In this document: positions 10,586-21,761 of the stretch, piece by piece
Layout: every line of letters starts with the position of its first letter
How positions within the stretch are numbered: the first letter of the stretch is position 1
Origin: Heptranchias perlo
Taxonomy: Eukaryota
Direction: 5' to 3'
Assembly (NCBI RefSeq): GCF_035084215.1
Contig: NC_090343.1
Location: forward strand, 22,444,001-22,508,000
DNA length: 64,000 bases
Position numbers and translations under genes: made by a program
Notes under the pieces: generated by a model
What the model was told of the DNA's origin: nothing
Seen by the model: the letters and a program-made list of their open reading frames with translations, nothing else
Database searches by the model: none

Positions 10586-13553
10586 CTGGGAAGATAAATA
10601 GATAATGTTTTCAATTAATTTTACTACAAATGTAAGCTACAACATAATTACTTGCAGAAATAAATATTCATGCTACCTTGATGGCTGCTCTCCTGATCTG
10701 GTATAAGAACACCTTCTTTAGGGGCATTATTTATGTAAGAACTGGAAGAAGAAGCACTCAGAACTGGATTCAGTCTACCTACATGTGAGATAAATAACAT
10801 TTTTGTTCAAAGTTATGTTCATTTAGGTTAAGACAACTGCAGTAACAATGAACTAAGATAACTATTGGCTCATTTGTAGTCCCCATGTTTTTTTAACCCT
10901 TCATTATTCACACACGCTGTAGCCAGGATTCTACTGAACTCTTGGATATCAGCCACACAACTCCACTGTGAAACTTATTGCACCCTTTGAAATTAAACTT
11001 AGTCCAAGACAATTGCTTTCAGAAATTAATTATAAAGAACCTCTCAAATTACATTGTTACTTCTCAGTCAATAAATTGTAGAATTAAAGCAGAATTTGTA
11101 TTTGCCTTAATTGTATAATCATTATCCATAGTACAGTTTTTAAAAAATTACTCCTCAAGAGAACTGTGAGATTTCAAAAGCTCATATTTACTAAATCTGT
11201 GTCTAATTAGACACCATCTTAATTCTTTGTGAAGGCCGATGGCCAAAGTTTTAAGAAACATACACATCTCTATGATGGGAACCAGGCTGTAAATAGAAAA
11301 CCTTTTGACAAATTATTAGTAGTATTCAGCGTGCATTTTCTAACATTAATGTAGGGACAACAGTGACCTTGAAATATATAAAGTACACAGCTATTACAGT
11401 GGAACTAGTTCTACCAATATGCTGGCTGGAATATATGTTCACCAGAAGAACTTTAAAAACACAGATGTCAGGCTGGGATGACAAGGCTGAGCAGCTGGAT
11501 TGGGTCACTGGAACTGAATGACAGTTCTTAGCGAGCACACTTGAAGGGACCAAGGGTGTGACAATGGAAGAAGTTAGTCATGAACCCTCAGATGAATTTA
11601 TTCATCCAGTTGCTATCAGGCTGGGAGCTGCCTTCTTTCTGATTTGACAACTAAAAATGCACGGAGCATGTTACAACAGTTTTCCGGTTCTCAAAATTTA
11701 AGACAAAACTTCTTTCCACCTCCAAAATGGATGTGGGAGCCAGGAGAAAAATAAGACAAGGTAAGTAGAAGCTGTGACACTGAGTTTTTAGGGGGAAAGA
11801 GTAGGAAAGATAAGACATGTTTGATCAAGTAGAGAAAAGGTCAGATTAAAATGTTTAAAATAAAATATGTTAGATGGGAAATACCTGTGATGAGAGGATG
11901 GGGTTAAAGTGTTAGCTAAGATCAGTGATAGCACTCTCACTTCTGAGTCAGAAGATCATGGGTTCAAGCCCCACTCCAGGATTTGATCCCATAATTTAGC
12001 CTGGCACTTCAATGCTGAGGGAGTGCTGCATTGTTGGAGGTGCTGTCTTTCTGATGTGACCTTAAACCAAGGCCCTTTCTGTTTGTTCAGGTGGATATAA
12101 AGGATCCCATGGCACTATTTGAAGAAGAGCTGGGGAGCTCTCCTGGTGTTCTAGCCAACATTTATTCCCCAATTAACACCAAAAAACTCAGATTGTCTGG
12201 TAATATGCTGTTAGTGGGATGTTGTGTGCAAATTGACTGCTACATTTGCCTACATAACAACATTTATACTTCAAAACAATAAATTGCCTATGACATGAAC
12301 AATGCTTATTAATTTTAAATTCTTTCTTTAACTATCGATGACAGGGTGAGCATAATTTAACTGATTACATTGTTTATTGCAAGTTAAAACGATGGAGAAA
12401 GGTATATTTTAGTTCTATAGGGTTTAGATTACAGCAACAAAAGCTATTTCTAAAGTTTGATAGCATATCAGTAAATGAGCTGAAATCAAGCAAAACCAGA
12501 CAGTCTGGGAGACAAAAAAAACTAGACCTCTTTACAGTCTAAGAGGTAAATTTGGCAAAGAGTTTTTGAGTTGCTGAGTGAGTTAGTCTTCACTGAGAAT
12601 GTTTACGAACCTTGAGTTAGGCACACAATCTTTTTGGGCTTTTTTTTAGGGCTGCAATAGTAAATAATTGATAGGGAAGTCCTAATTATCAAGAAGAAAC
12701 ACTGAAGATAAACTTGCAGTGCTACCCAATTTACCAGAGATATAATCCTTTGATGGTGAAGAAAATTTGTTGTGTTCAAATTGGCCGCTATGTTTCCCCA
12801 CATTACAACAGTGACTACACTTCAAAAGTGCTTAATTGCCTGTAAAGTACTTTGGGGCGCTCTGGGGCCGTAAACAGGCGCTAAATAAATGCAAATTGTT
12901 TTCCAAAATATCAGCCAGCAAACCTATATTCAATTGTCGGCGTCCTTATTTTCAGTAAGTTGTCCCTTTACCTAGGATTGCCTTATTGTTGCTTCATTGA
13001 TAATCTTGTCCACAACTCTATAGTTTCCACAGAAAAAAATAAACGGAATAACAGGATTCAATTCCTAAAACAATAGTAAAATCCGTGGAATCTCATACAA
13101 TAAAACGGAGTTTGACGCATTCCAACAGTGTTAATCTGTGTTGATGGGTTGTTTTCTACTGTCAGGCGCACTGACCCCAGCAAGCCCCAATCAGAAAGGA
13201 AACCAGAATGCAAGGTGTAGGGTCATTTATCTAAATTTCTTTAAAAAGTCATTAAAAATATTTCAATTTATGAAATTTAAGTTTTGGACAAAGTTCCGAT
13301 ACAACTGCCTCATTTCACTCATGATGCAAGGATTAGAAATCGAAGTACAAACGTTCTGAATTCACCAGAATTTTTTTTAAAGGGCAATCCTACTTTTCGT
13401 ACGTGCAAAATTGAGCAATAAATTGCTCCCCCGCCCCGCCGAAGTAATCGATATATATAACTTGAGAGAGCGTCGGAAACAGCTACACTGCAGCTTACTT
13501 CTATAAAACTGATTCCTTGCCAGCAGGCAACCAGCCGACGGTACAGTGGCCAT
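10504..13553 (-). CDS. PPDPFL: PPDPF-like protein (PPDPFL/C8orf22 type), at least 3 coding exons
   Basis: join(13553-13499,10778-10677,10585-10504[,8340-8310]). Protein: MATVPSAGCLLARNQFYR S RLNPVLSASSSSSYINNAPKEGVLIPDQESSHQ G LPIAVEKSWWISCLFANPIFSKFSVG R. The N-terminus matches the recalled PPDPFL signature (MASVPSIGCLLARNQYYR). Same exon phases (1,1,2) and same 55-nt first coding exon as the PPDPF gene in this window. Confidence 0.85.
10677..10778 (-). CDS. PPDPFL: PPDPFL coding exon 2
   Basis: atgtag|GT AGA CTG ... CAA G|gtagca; open, phase 1-1, Ser-rich like the PPDPF counterpart. Confidence 0.78.
11912..12330 (+). mobile_element. Deu-domain SINE, near full length with tRNA-derived head
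   Basis: A/B-box head (..AGCACTCTC..GGTTCAAGCCCCACT) plus Deu core. Confidence 0.75.
13499..13553 (-). CDS. PPDPFL: PPDPFL first coding exon (MATVPSAGCLLARNQFYR)
   Basis: Kozak-like ACCATGG; exon acceptor at 13575 (ttttacag|TTT); donor AGAA|gtaagc. Confidence 0.9.
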
Positions 13554-13973
13554 GGTTGAAACCAGCAGATCCAAACTGTAAAAAAGCCAAATGTCAATCT
13601 TCAGGAGCAACAGAACATGACATACAATCTACAATAACAGGATGGTCACGTAATATGAAGAGATTCCAATATTCAGTATACACAAATACACCTTTTACGG
13701 TCTAATGGTGTAGTTCTATCTATTTTATTTCAATAATGCATTTATAAAAGCAAGTTACATGTCTTCGATTACTTGTTAAACACGACGGTTTCCGTTGGAT
13801 TATATATTTCTACTATTCAAGAGACTGCATCTCACTCACTTAATAAGATTAGTCTGCCGGTGTTTCGTTTCTGTATTGCTGTTTCCCCATTAGCATGCAA
13901 AGCAAACTTCTCCCTTCCAGTTTTTATTAATTTTTGTTTGTTTTTCAGTTTCGTAAGAATGTCAACGACTTAC

Positions 13974-14260
13974 CATTAAGTCAAGTCTCCTGTGATTGGT
14001 TTAAAGTATGCAGGCTGTCCCGATCAGCCAATGGTGCCTGTAAACAGCCCCAGCGACAAGCTGCTGCGCTGCTCGTCAGTTTCTCCATCCGCTCCTCTGT
14101 CAGTTTCTTCATTCCCACATTCATTGAGCAAACGGCCTTCTCGAACTGAACATGGTGGCGCCGTGCATGCGCACAGCCACCTGTTTACAAAATTACTGAA
14201 TCTGGAACAGAGGTTACTCAGTGCGACAGGGAATTCCTGTCTGTTCAAGGACACGCTGGA
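13974..14260 (-). promoter_or_regulatory. PPDPFL promoter and probable non-coding exon 1
   Basis: Locally CpG-rich; strong donor ATG|gtaagt at 13974; CCAAT boxes; forkhead sites GTAAACA 14040-14046 and TGTTTAC 14182-14188; NRF1-like TGCATGCGCA 14164-14173; GGGAATTCC 14229-14237. Confidence 0.55.
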
Positions 14261-14354
14261 ATAACAGGCACACTTTAGGATTGCTTATTTTAATAATGTT
14301 ATTTACTGTCACCTATCTTCATTTATAACTTTTATTTCTAATCCTCTGCTCCTG

Positions 14355-14690
14355 AAAGGGCTGATTCGTGCTGGGTACTGCCCTATGGGTGACTATAGCG
14401 CTCTGCCTCTTCACCCAAGTGGCCATTATTTACGTGTAACCCTCCCTATGTGCAGGCTCTTCGAATATGGAAGGCATCACATTCAAGTCCCAGCCTGTAT
14501 TGTCCACACACACTTTCCAGAAAAGGTAACTGGGTAACAATCAGAATAAGGAACCCTAGCTGATTTTTTTCCTCCCTTACTCAGTGGTGCAGAGACCAAT
14601 TGCTGCTCCAGTTGGGATCAACCAATTCAGCATCAGGAAAGAGAACATACTTGGAACATTGTGTGCAGCTCAGTACCAGACCTGGCAATG
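14355..14690 (-). mobile_element. Third SINE family (tRNA-like head), unassigned
   Basis: Shared with about 40260-40550 (+), 43080-43210 (-) and 48375-48480 (-): ..CAATTGGCCTC...AAAATCAGC.. motif. Confidence 0.55.
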
Positions 14691-14754
14691 AATTTATCTA
14701 ATTGTATTGTTGTACTACTGCCTTTGAGTCAATGCAGAGCATACTAAGGTGAAT

Positions 14755-16718
14755 CATAGGAACATAGGAACAGGAGTAGGCCATTCAGCCCCTCGTGCCT
14801 GCTCTGCCATTTGATAAGATCATGGCTGATCTGTGATCTAACTCCATATACCTGCCTTTGGTTGCCAAAAAACTATCTATCTCAGATTTAAATTTAGCAA
14901 TTGAGCTAGTCTCAATTGCCGTTTGCAGAAGAGAGTTCCAAACTTCTACCACCCTTTGTGTGTAGAAATGTTTTCTAATCTCGCTCCTGAAAGGTCTGGC
15001 TCTAATTTTTAGACTGTGCCCCCTACTCCTAGAATCCCCAACCAGCGGAAATAGTTTCTCTCTATCCACCCCATCCGTTCCCCTTAATATCTTATCAACT
15101 TCAATCAGCTCACCCCTTAACCTTCGAAACTCCAGAGAATACAACCCCAATTTGTGTAATCTCTCCTCGTAACTTAACCCTTGAAATCTGGGTATCATTC
15201 TAGTAAACCTACGCTGCACTCCCTCCAAGGCCAATATGTCCTTCCAAGGGTGCGGTGCCCAGAACTGCTCACAGTACTCCAGGTGCGGTCTAACCAGGGT
15301 TTTGTATAGCTGCAGCATAACTTCTGCCCCCTTGTACTTTAGTCCTCTAGATATAAAGGCCAGCATTCCATTAGCCTTCTTGATTATTTTCTGTACCTGT
15401 TCATGACACTTCAATGATCTATGTACCTGAACCCCTAAGTCCCTTTGGACATCCACTGTTTTTAACTTTTTACCATTTAGAAAGTACCCTGTTCTGTCCT
15501 TTTTTGATCCAAAGTGGATGACCTCACATTTGTCTACATTGAATTCCATTTGCCACAGTTTTGCCCATTCACCTAATCTATCAATATCCCTTTGTAATTT
15601 TATGTTTTCATCTACACTGCTTACAATGCCACCAATCTTTGTTGTGGAGATGCTGGTGATGGACTGGGGTTGACAATTGTAAACAATTTTACAACACCAA
15701 GTTATAGTCCAACGATTTTTATTTGAAATCTACAAGCTTTCGGAGGCTTCCTCCTTCCTCAGGTAAGTGTCATCGGCAAACTTAGATATGAGACTTTCTA
15801 TGCCTTCATCTAAGTCGTTAATAAATATTGTGAATAATTGAGGCCCCAAGACCTGCGGGACTCCACTAGCCACATCCTGTCAATGTGAGTACCTACCCAT
15901 TATCCCTACTCTCTGTCGCCTTTCGCTCAGCCAACTTCCTAACCATGTCCGTACTTTTCCCTCGATTCCATGGGCTTCTATCTTAGCTAACAGTGTCTTA
16001 TGTGGGACCTTATCAAATGCCTTCTGGAAGTCCATATAAATAACATCCATTGACATTCCCCTGTCCACTACTTTAGTCACTCTTCAAAAAATTCACTCAG
16101 GTTTGTCAGGCACGACCTACCTTTCACAAATCCATGCTGGCTCTCTCTGATTAACTGCAATTTTTTGGGTTGTTCAGTCACCCTATCCTTAATTATAGAC
16201 TCCAGCATTTTCCTCACAACAGATGTTAGGCTAACTGGTCTATAATTCCCTGGTTTCCCTCTCCTTTCTTAAAAAGCAGAGTGACGTGCTATTTTCCAAT
16301 CTAGAGGGACAGTTCATGAATCTAGAGAACTTTGAAAGATTATAGTTAGGACATCTGCAATGTGCTCACCTACTTCCTTTAAAACCCTGGGATAGAAACC
16401 ATCTGGTGCTGGGGATTTGTCACTCTTTAGTGCTATTATTTTCTTCATTACTGTTGTTTTACTTATGTTAATTTTATTGAGTCCCTGTCCCCGATTCAAT
16501 ATTAGTTTTCTTGGGATTTGCGGCATGCTATAATCTTTTTCTACTGTAAATACTGATGCAAAGTAATTGTTCAACATGTCCGCCATTTCCCCATTGTCAA
16601 TGACAATATCCCCACTTTCAGTTTTTAAGGGGCCAACACTGCTCCTGAACACCCTCTTTTTCCTAATATAACTATAAAAGTTCTTCGTATTAGTTTTGAT
16701 AACCCTTGCAAGTTTCTT
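14755..16718 (-). mobile_element. 5'-truncated CR1 LINE (ORF2 RT region)
   Basis: ORFs 16314-16652, 15880-16080 (YMDFQKAFDKVPH) and 14785-15549 (LVRPHLEYC..FW.P); (TTCCTATG)n-type tail. Confidence 0.92.
15643..15768 (-). mobile_element. Penelope-like 3' fragment with a minimal hammerhead-like motif, inserted in a CR1
   Basis: Minus strand TTAC-CTGAGGA-A-GGAGG-AAG-CCTCC-GAAA-GC-TT-GTAG...AATAAA...CCCCAGTCCATCACCAGCATCTCCACA; interrupts CR1 FADD|TK. Confidence 0.72.
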
Positions 16719-16844
16719 GGGAGTAATCAGACTGCCAAGTACATTGAGGCTAAGAGCTGACCTTCAGTTCTACATCCAGTGTAGCGTAACTCCAACCTGA
16801 TGAAAAATATAATTTATGAAGTGCCAGACAGTCGATTAAGCAAA

Positions 16845-17175
16845 TATGGCAACTATTTTGTGAACAAACAGCAAAGAGGTGAATGACCAGTTAATCTGTC
16901 TTTGATGGTGTTGGTTGATGTAGAAATGTAGGCCTGGACCCAGAAGAAACTTTGCTCTTCAAATAGTGCCTTGAGATCTTTTATGCCTACCTGAATCACC
17001 AGAACAAGCAGACAGGGCCTCCATTTAACATCTCATCTTAAGGATGGCCTGTGACAATCCACCACTCCTAAGCACTGCATTGAAGTCTCTGCCTAGATTA
17101 CGCAGTCAAGGCCTAGAATGGGGCTTGAACCCACAAACTTCTGACTCAGACGCAAGAATGCTACCAACTAAGTTA
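16845..17175 (-). mobile_element. Deu-domain SINE
   Basis: Reverse complement similar to the 11912 copy. Confidence 0.7.
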
Positions 17176-18734
17176 ACTCACATCGCCCAACTGCAGATTG
17201 CACTCTGCAGATACCAGTAGAACACTGTACCCATATAGACTGTATCTGCAGTGTAGCAGCACCCTGAGCTATTATCTATTTTTATTTCCAACCCCTTCTC
17301 ACATTGTTTCCAGGCCAAGAGGGTGCACAAGACATCCTACTTCCAATCCTCTGTCAATGCTGTTCTTCTCCTAGATGACAATTAATTAATGCACTGGAAT
17401 AATCTGTCATCCAATTATCCACCCTTGCCCATTCTGTGGAGAGAACTTAGTCACTCCTTGGCGAGGTGCTGTGTGGAAAAACACATGGGCACCAACTGCT
17501 TATTGAATACCAACACTGTGTGAAACCATAGCACCTTAGTGTTACTGCTTAAATAAGTTGTGAAATATCATGTAAAATGTACTAACAGTATTTCAGACTT
17601 CAGTTTTGCAATCAGAGGCAAAGTAACCGTACCAGCGAGGTTACAAGCCAGGATGCTTGACAGCATAATTTATATTTCCACAACTGAGACTGGATGCCTC
17701 GGGAGTGCCTTATAATGTTGAAATGCTTCAGCAAGGAAATAAATGATCAAGAAGTCCTAGCCCACCACACAAGGCCAACGTAGATCAATTTTGATGACAA
17801 CTTTGGATATATTCACTGTCTAGAATAGGACCCATTTCCCCCGCCCCTTTCCCCAACTGATATGGGGACTGTATAGAGACAGGGTGCAAAGAAAGGTGAT
17901 TTTAAAATGGCACAGTTCTAAAGACAAAAAAGCAGACTATCCAGAAAGAAATAAGCTCAACGATACAACAAACAAAAAAGTCAGGATACTGGGCTCACAA
18001 ATACAAAAGACCCATAAAATGATCACTTAAAATAATATAACTGTTACAATAATATATGGTGAATACTTCCTAAAATAAATAGTTTCACAAGTTCTCCACC
18101 ATTGTGCCATTCATGCTAGGCACCCGTGTTACCAAAAATTGAGGTACAAGGGATCGCAGAATTATAAGCTGTGGACTGAATGGGCCCTTTGGAATCCCAT
18201 CTAAATGTAATTTGAGGATTCAGTTTCCAATATTTCAGTAGTTAACCAGTTGGTGCATTGAGATATCCTTGGATTTAATTTCCAAACGCAGAATTATCAA
18301 AAAATTCGCCTGTGCATATATTGACAGAAGGTTTTGCACTGACCAGAAAACATGTTTGATTAAGATTACCCAGACTAAATAGTTCCACTATATAAAAACA
18401 TATCTAAGTCATGTGCTATTTCAGCTGTTAAGCAACAGTGTGTATATAAATAGGCAGGTGTATTTTACGATATGGATCTTTGGCAAAATTCAAGCAAAAA
18501 CACATGTCAGTAATGTGTGCTTTCCTTAACCCCCTAATCAACAACAACAAAAACTTGCATTTATATAGCACCTTCAATGTTGCAAAATAGGCCAAGGCAT
18601 ATCACAGAAGTGTTATCAAACAAAATTTGACACCAAGCCACATAAGGAGCTATTAGGACAGGTGACCAGAAGCTTGGTCAAAGAGGTAGGTTTTAATCAC
18701 AGAAAAGGTACACTTAAGTTCTGACTTAAAAAGG

Positions 18735-19698
18735 TTGCATTTATATAGCAGTTTATCATGTCTACGAAACATCCCGAAGTGCTTCATTAGGGATGAATTA
18801 CACTGTACATTTTTGTCATGTGTGCAGCAAGATCCCACAAACTGCAGTGACCAGTTCATTTGATTTTGATGGTGTTGGTTGACGGAGGAATGTTTGGCAG
18901 GACACTAGGAGAACTCCCTGTTCCCCCTAAAATAGTACCATTGGATCTTTAACATCTAACTGAATGAGCCAATGGGGCTTCAGTTTAATGTCTCAGCCAA
19001 AGGATTTTGAACAATGCAGCACTCCCTGGAAATAATTTTGACTTTTGTTCATCCGTACTTGATGTGAAGAGGCTTTACATTGGGCTGGTGAGCTGCGGGG
19101 TGCCAAACAGGCTTCCTGCTGCAGCTTGCAGGATTGATGCTGCCGTGGCCGGCAGCTAGGTAAGTTTGGGGGAGATTGCAATTTGGGGGGGGGGGGGGGG
19201 GGGAGGAGAGGGGAAGAGGAGGGAGGGAGGAGAAGGTCCCAGGGCGGCAGTGGCCTCCTCCAGGCCCTGCAAAAATCATTTCATACTTACCTTTGCTGGG
19301 CATCTTCAGCTCCATTGCCTACAGAACTGATCAGAGCCTGCACGACATATGCTCTAACCAGTTCCAAACTAAAATGGCAATCGGACTCCTATTTACGTCA
19401 TAGGACCTTGATTTTCCTCAAATGGGCCTACCGCCTGAAACAGGCAGGTGCTTTGGACAGAAAGTGTTAGGCCTCTTTCAAAATGGAGGCGGCCACGTGG
19501 AATTAACTGGCTGATAAAGCTTCTGATCCCATTTTGAGGGCATTATTGCCTAGTTAATGCCAGGCGAAGTATGTGAAAATCAACCCACCTCAGTGCTGCA
19601 CTGACATACAAGCCTAGGTGTGTTTTTTTTTTAAAAAGACCTGAGCTGAGGCTTGAAAGCATGCCCTTCCGACTTACAGGCAACGCTTACCAACTGAG
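18735..19698 (-). mobile_element. Deu-domain SINE split by an insertion of about 560 bp (19028-19587)
   Basis: SINE sequence GCAGCACTCCCT|CAGTGCTGCACTG is interrupted by MITE-family sequence. Confidence 0.65.
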
Positions 19699-19949
19699 GC
19701 TTTACATTGGGCTGGCAGTCAAAGAAAAAACTTTAAAAGTTTATGTATAACAGTAAAGCATATGGTATGCTTTTTACTCAATTTTTATACAATATACTGT
19801 AAAAACAGGTAAATAACTTGCACAGGCAAAATAAAGCCATAAATTGCAGATGTCAGAAAGACTCACTTTTCTACTTAGTAGTTGGAATCAATCTTAATGA
19901 CAAGTCCATCTGTTCAGCTGCCTCTGCCCCGTTATCACTTGCCCACCAA

Positions 19950-21205
19950 ACCAAACCTTCCCCCAGATCCCACGTCCATCTCTAGTTTCTCTCCTTATCT
20001 CTCTTCATGCCCTCTGAGCTCATCTTATGAGATCCACCTCCTGCTCCCTTGATCCCATTCCCACTAAACTGGTGACCACAGAACTTCCCTTCCTTGTCCC
20101 TATGCTGACATTGTAAATGATTCCCTCTCCTCAGGTACAGTCTCTCTGCCTTTCAAAATAGCCATCATCACACATTTGATCCCCTGTCCTTGCATACTAC
20201 CGCCTAATCGCCAACCTCCCTTTTCTCTTCAAAGTCATTGAATACATTGTCGCTTCCCACATCCGAGCCCATCTTTCCCGCAACTCCATGTTTGAATCTC
20301 TCCAAAGCAGGTTTTGAGTCCCTGCCACAGTACTGAAATAACCCTAATCAAAGTCACAAATGACATTCTTTCTGATTATGACCATGGTGTATTATGTCTC
20401 CTCGATCTCCCTGCAGCCTGACCACACCATCCTCCTCCATTGTCCAGCTCAGTTGGACTGCCCTTCACTCATTTCCACTCTTACCTATCCAATCATAGCC
20501 AAACTATCTCCAGAAAGGCTTCTCTTCCCACTCCATTACCTCTGGAGTCCCTTCATGATCTATCCTTGACCACTCCTCTTCCACATTTACATGCTGCGCC
20601 ATGGAGACATTAGCCTAGAAATTGGGCCAACCCTACAGAATGCCTGCAACAAAAAAGGTAAGTTTCTTACTTTTGAATGTGGGTCCAGGAGAAGCAGGAG
20701 TTCTCCTCCCGATCCCACATTAAACCACCTTCCCAAGCGCCTCCGCAACCAACCCCACCCCCAGGTCCAGAGATTCCCAACCTCCAGGCTTCCCAGCCCC
20801 AACCCCCCTCCATCCTGGCCCTGAGATCCCCAACCCAGGTCCCAATCCCTGGGCTGCTGCCAGCCCCTCCCCCAGTCATTCCACCCCCAAGACCATCACC
20901 TACCTGTGGGCCACTAGCAGCAGCCCAATCTTCCACCACTCACCTTCTTGGGCTCCTCCCGCAGAGCCATTCCTGTATGAATATCTGACCCTTAGTGCAC
21001 AGGGTAAGTATCATGCGCATGGGGTAGGGAAAGCAGCCAAAAATGGGCACTCCTAAATTTCTAGACTATTATCTGAAGACATGGGGTGGGTCAGCTTCCA
21101 CATGTACGCTGACTACATCCAGCTCTACCTCTCCACCCCCACTCCCAACCCCTTCACTGCATCTGTGCTGCCAGACTGCTTGTCTGACAGTCAGTCTTGA
21201 ATGAG
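19950..21205 (+). mobile_element. Decayed L2 LINE RT fragment interrupted by a MITE
   Basis: YRLIANLPF, HSTE, FHMYAD.IQLY remnants; resumes after 21067. Confidence 0.75.
20612..21067. mobile_element. PIF/Harbinger-like MITE
   Basis: TIR AGCCTAGAAATT / AATTTCTAGACT, 3-bp TSD ATT, cleanly interrupts an L2. Confidence 0.7.
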
Positions 21206-21682
21206 AGCATTTAAACAAGTATTTACATCTTCTCTAACTTTAATCTTCCTTTCTCTACCGAAAAGTAATTTGTGCCTTAAGAGCTGCTAACTTGTTGATG
21301 AACTTACTGATTTGGTATTCTACCATCTTGCCAAATCTGAATTGCAGATCAATTCATGGTTAGAGGTTATGTCTGCATGTGATTCAGGTCACTTTAAATT
21401 TACTGGTTTCCCAGTTTGCCAAGCATCCAGCAAAATAAAAATGTTCAGTAGACTTGGAAGAATGAAAACCCTAGACAGATGGGCTGCTAAAGTTTAAGTT
21501 TATTACTATATGTTGACAATAGTCTATTAGGCATAAACTTCACAACAATCTCCAATGATTACATGAAAAAAAAACAAGGAATAGTTTTTATTAAAAAAGT
21601 GTAACTACAAACTTAAAGCAGCCTTTATTTTTAGGAACGCCTGAAATTCCTAGCGTTTTCTTCGGGAGCTAAAGCCAAATCA

Positions 21683-21761
21683 TTAAGATGAAGGTTTGTT
21701 GGGCTCACTTGCATGTCGTTTCCTCATCATTTCTTGAGGCAGGACACAGCTTATCTTGCCA
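21683..21761 (-). CDS. PPDPF: PPDPF last coding exon (SGKISCVLPQEMMRKRHASEPNKPSS*)
   Basis: ttctttctag|T; stop TAA 21685-21683; minus-strand AATAAA signals at 21624-21629 and 21587-21592. Confidence 0.85.

Noticed and set aside
11590-11655. Possible extra PPDPFL exon (LSNQKEGSSQPDSNWMNKFI*)
   Set aside because: Weak acceptor, no family similarity, and that frame does not fit the phase-1 donor; the 10778-10677 exon fits phase and motif.
11925-11980. Additional tRNA genes in SINE heads
   Set aside because: Degenerate A/B boxes without a cloverleaf, continuous with SINE bodies.
20677-20988. Proline-rich ORF
   Set aside because: C-rich interior of a MITE bounded by TIRs and a TSD.
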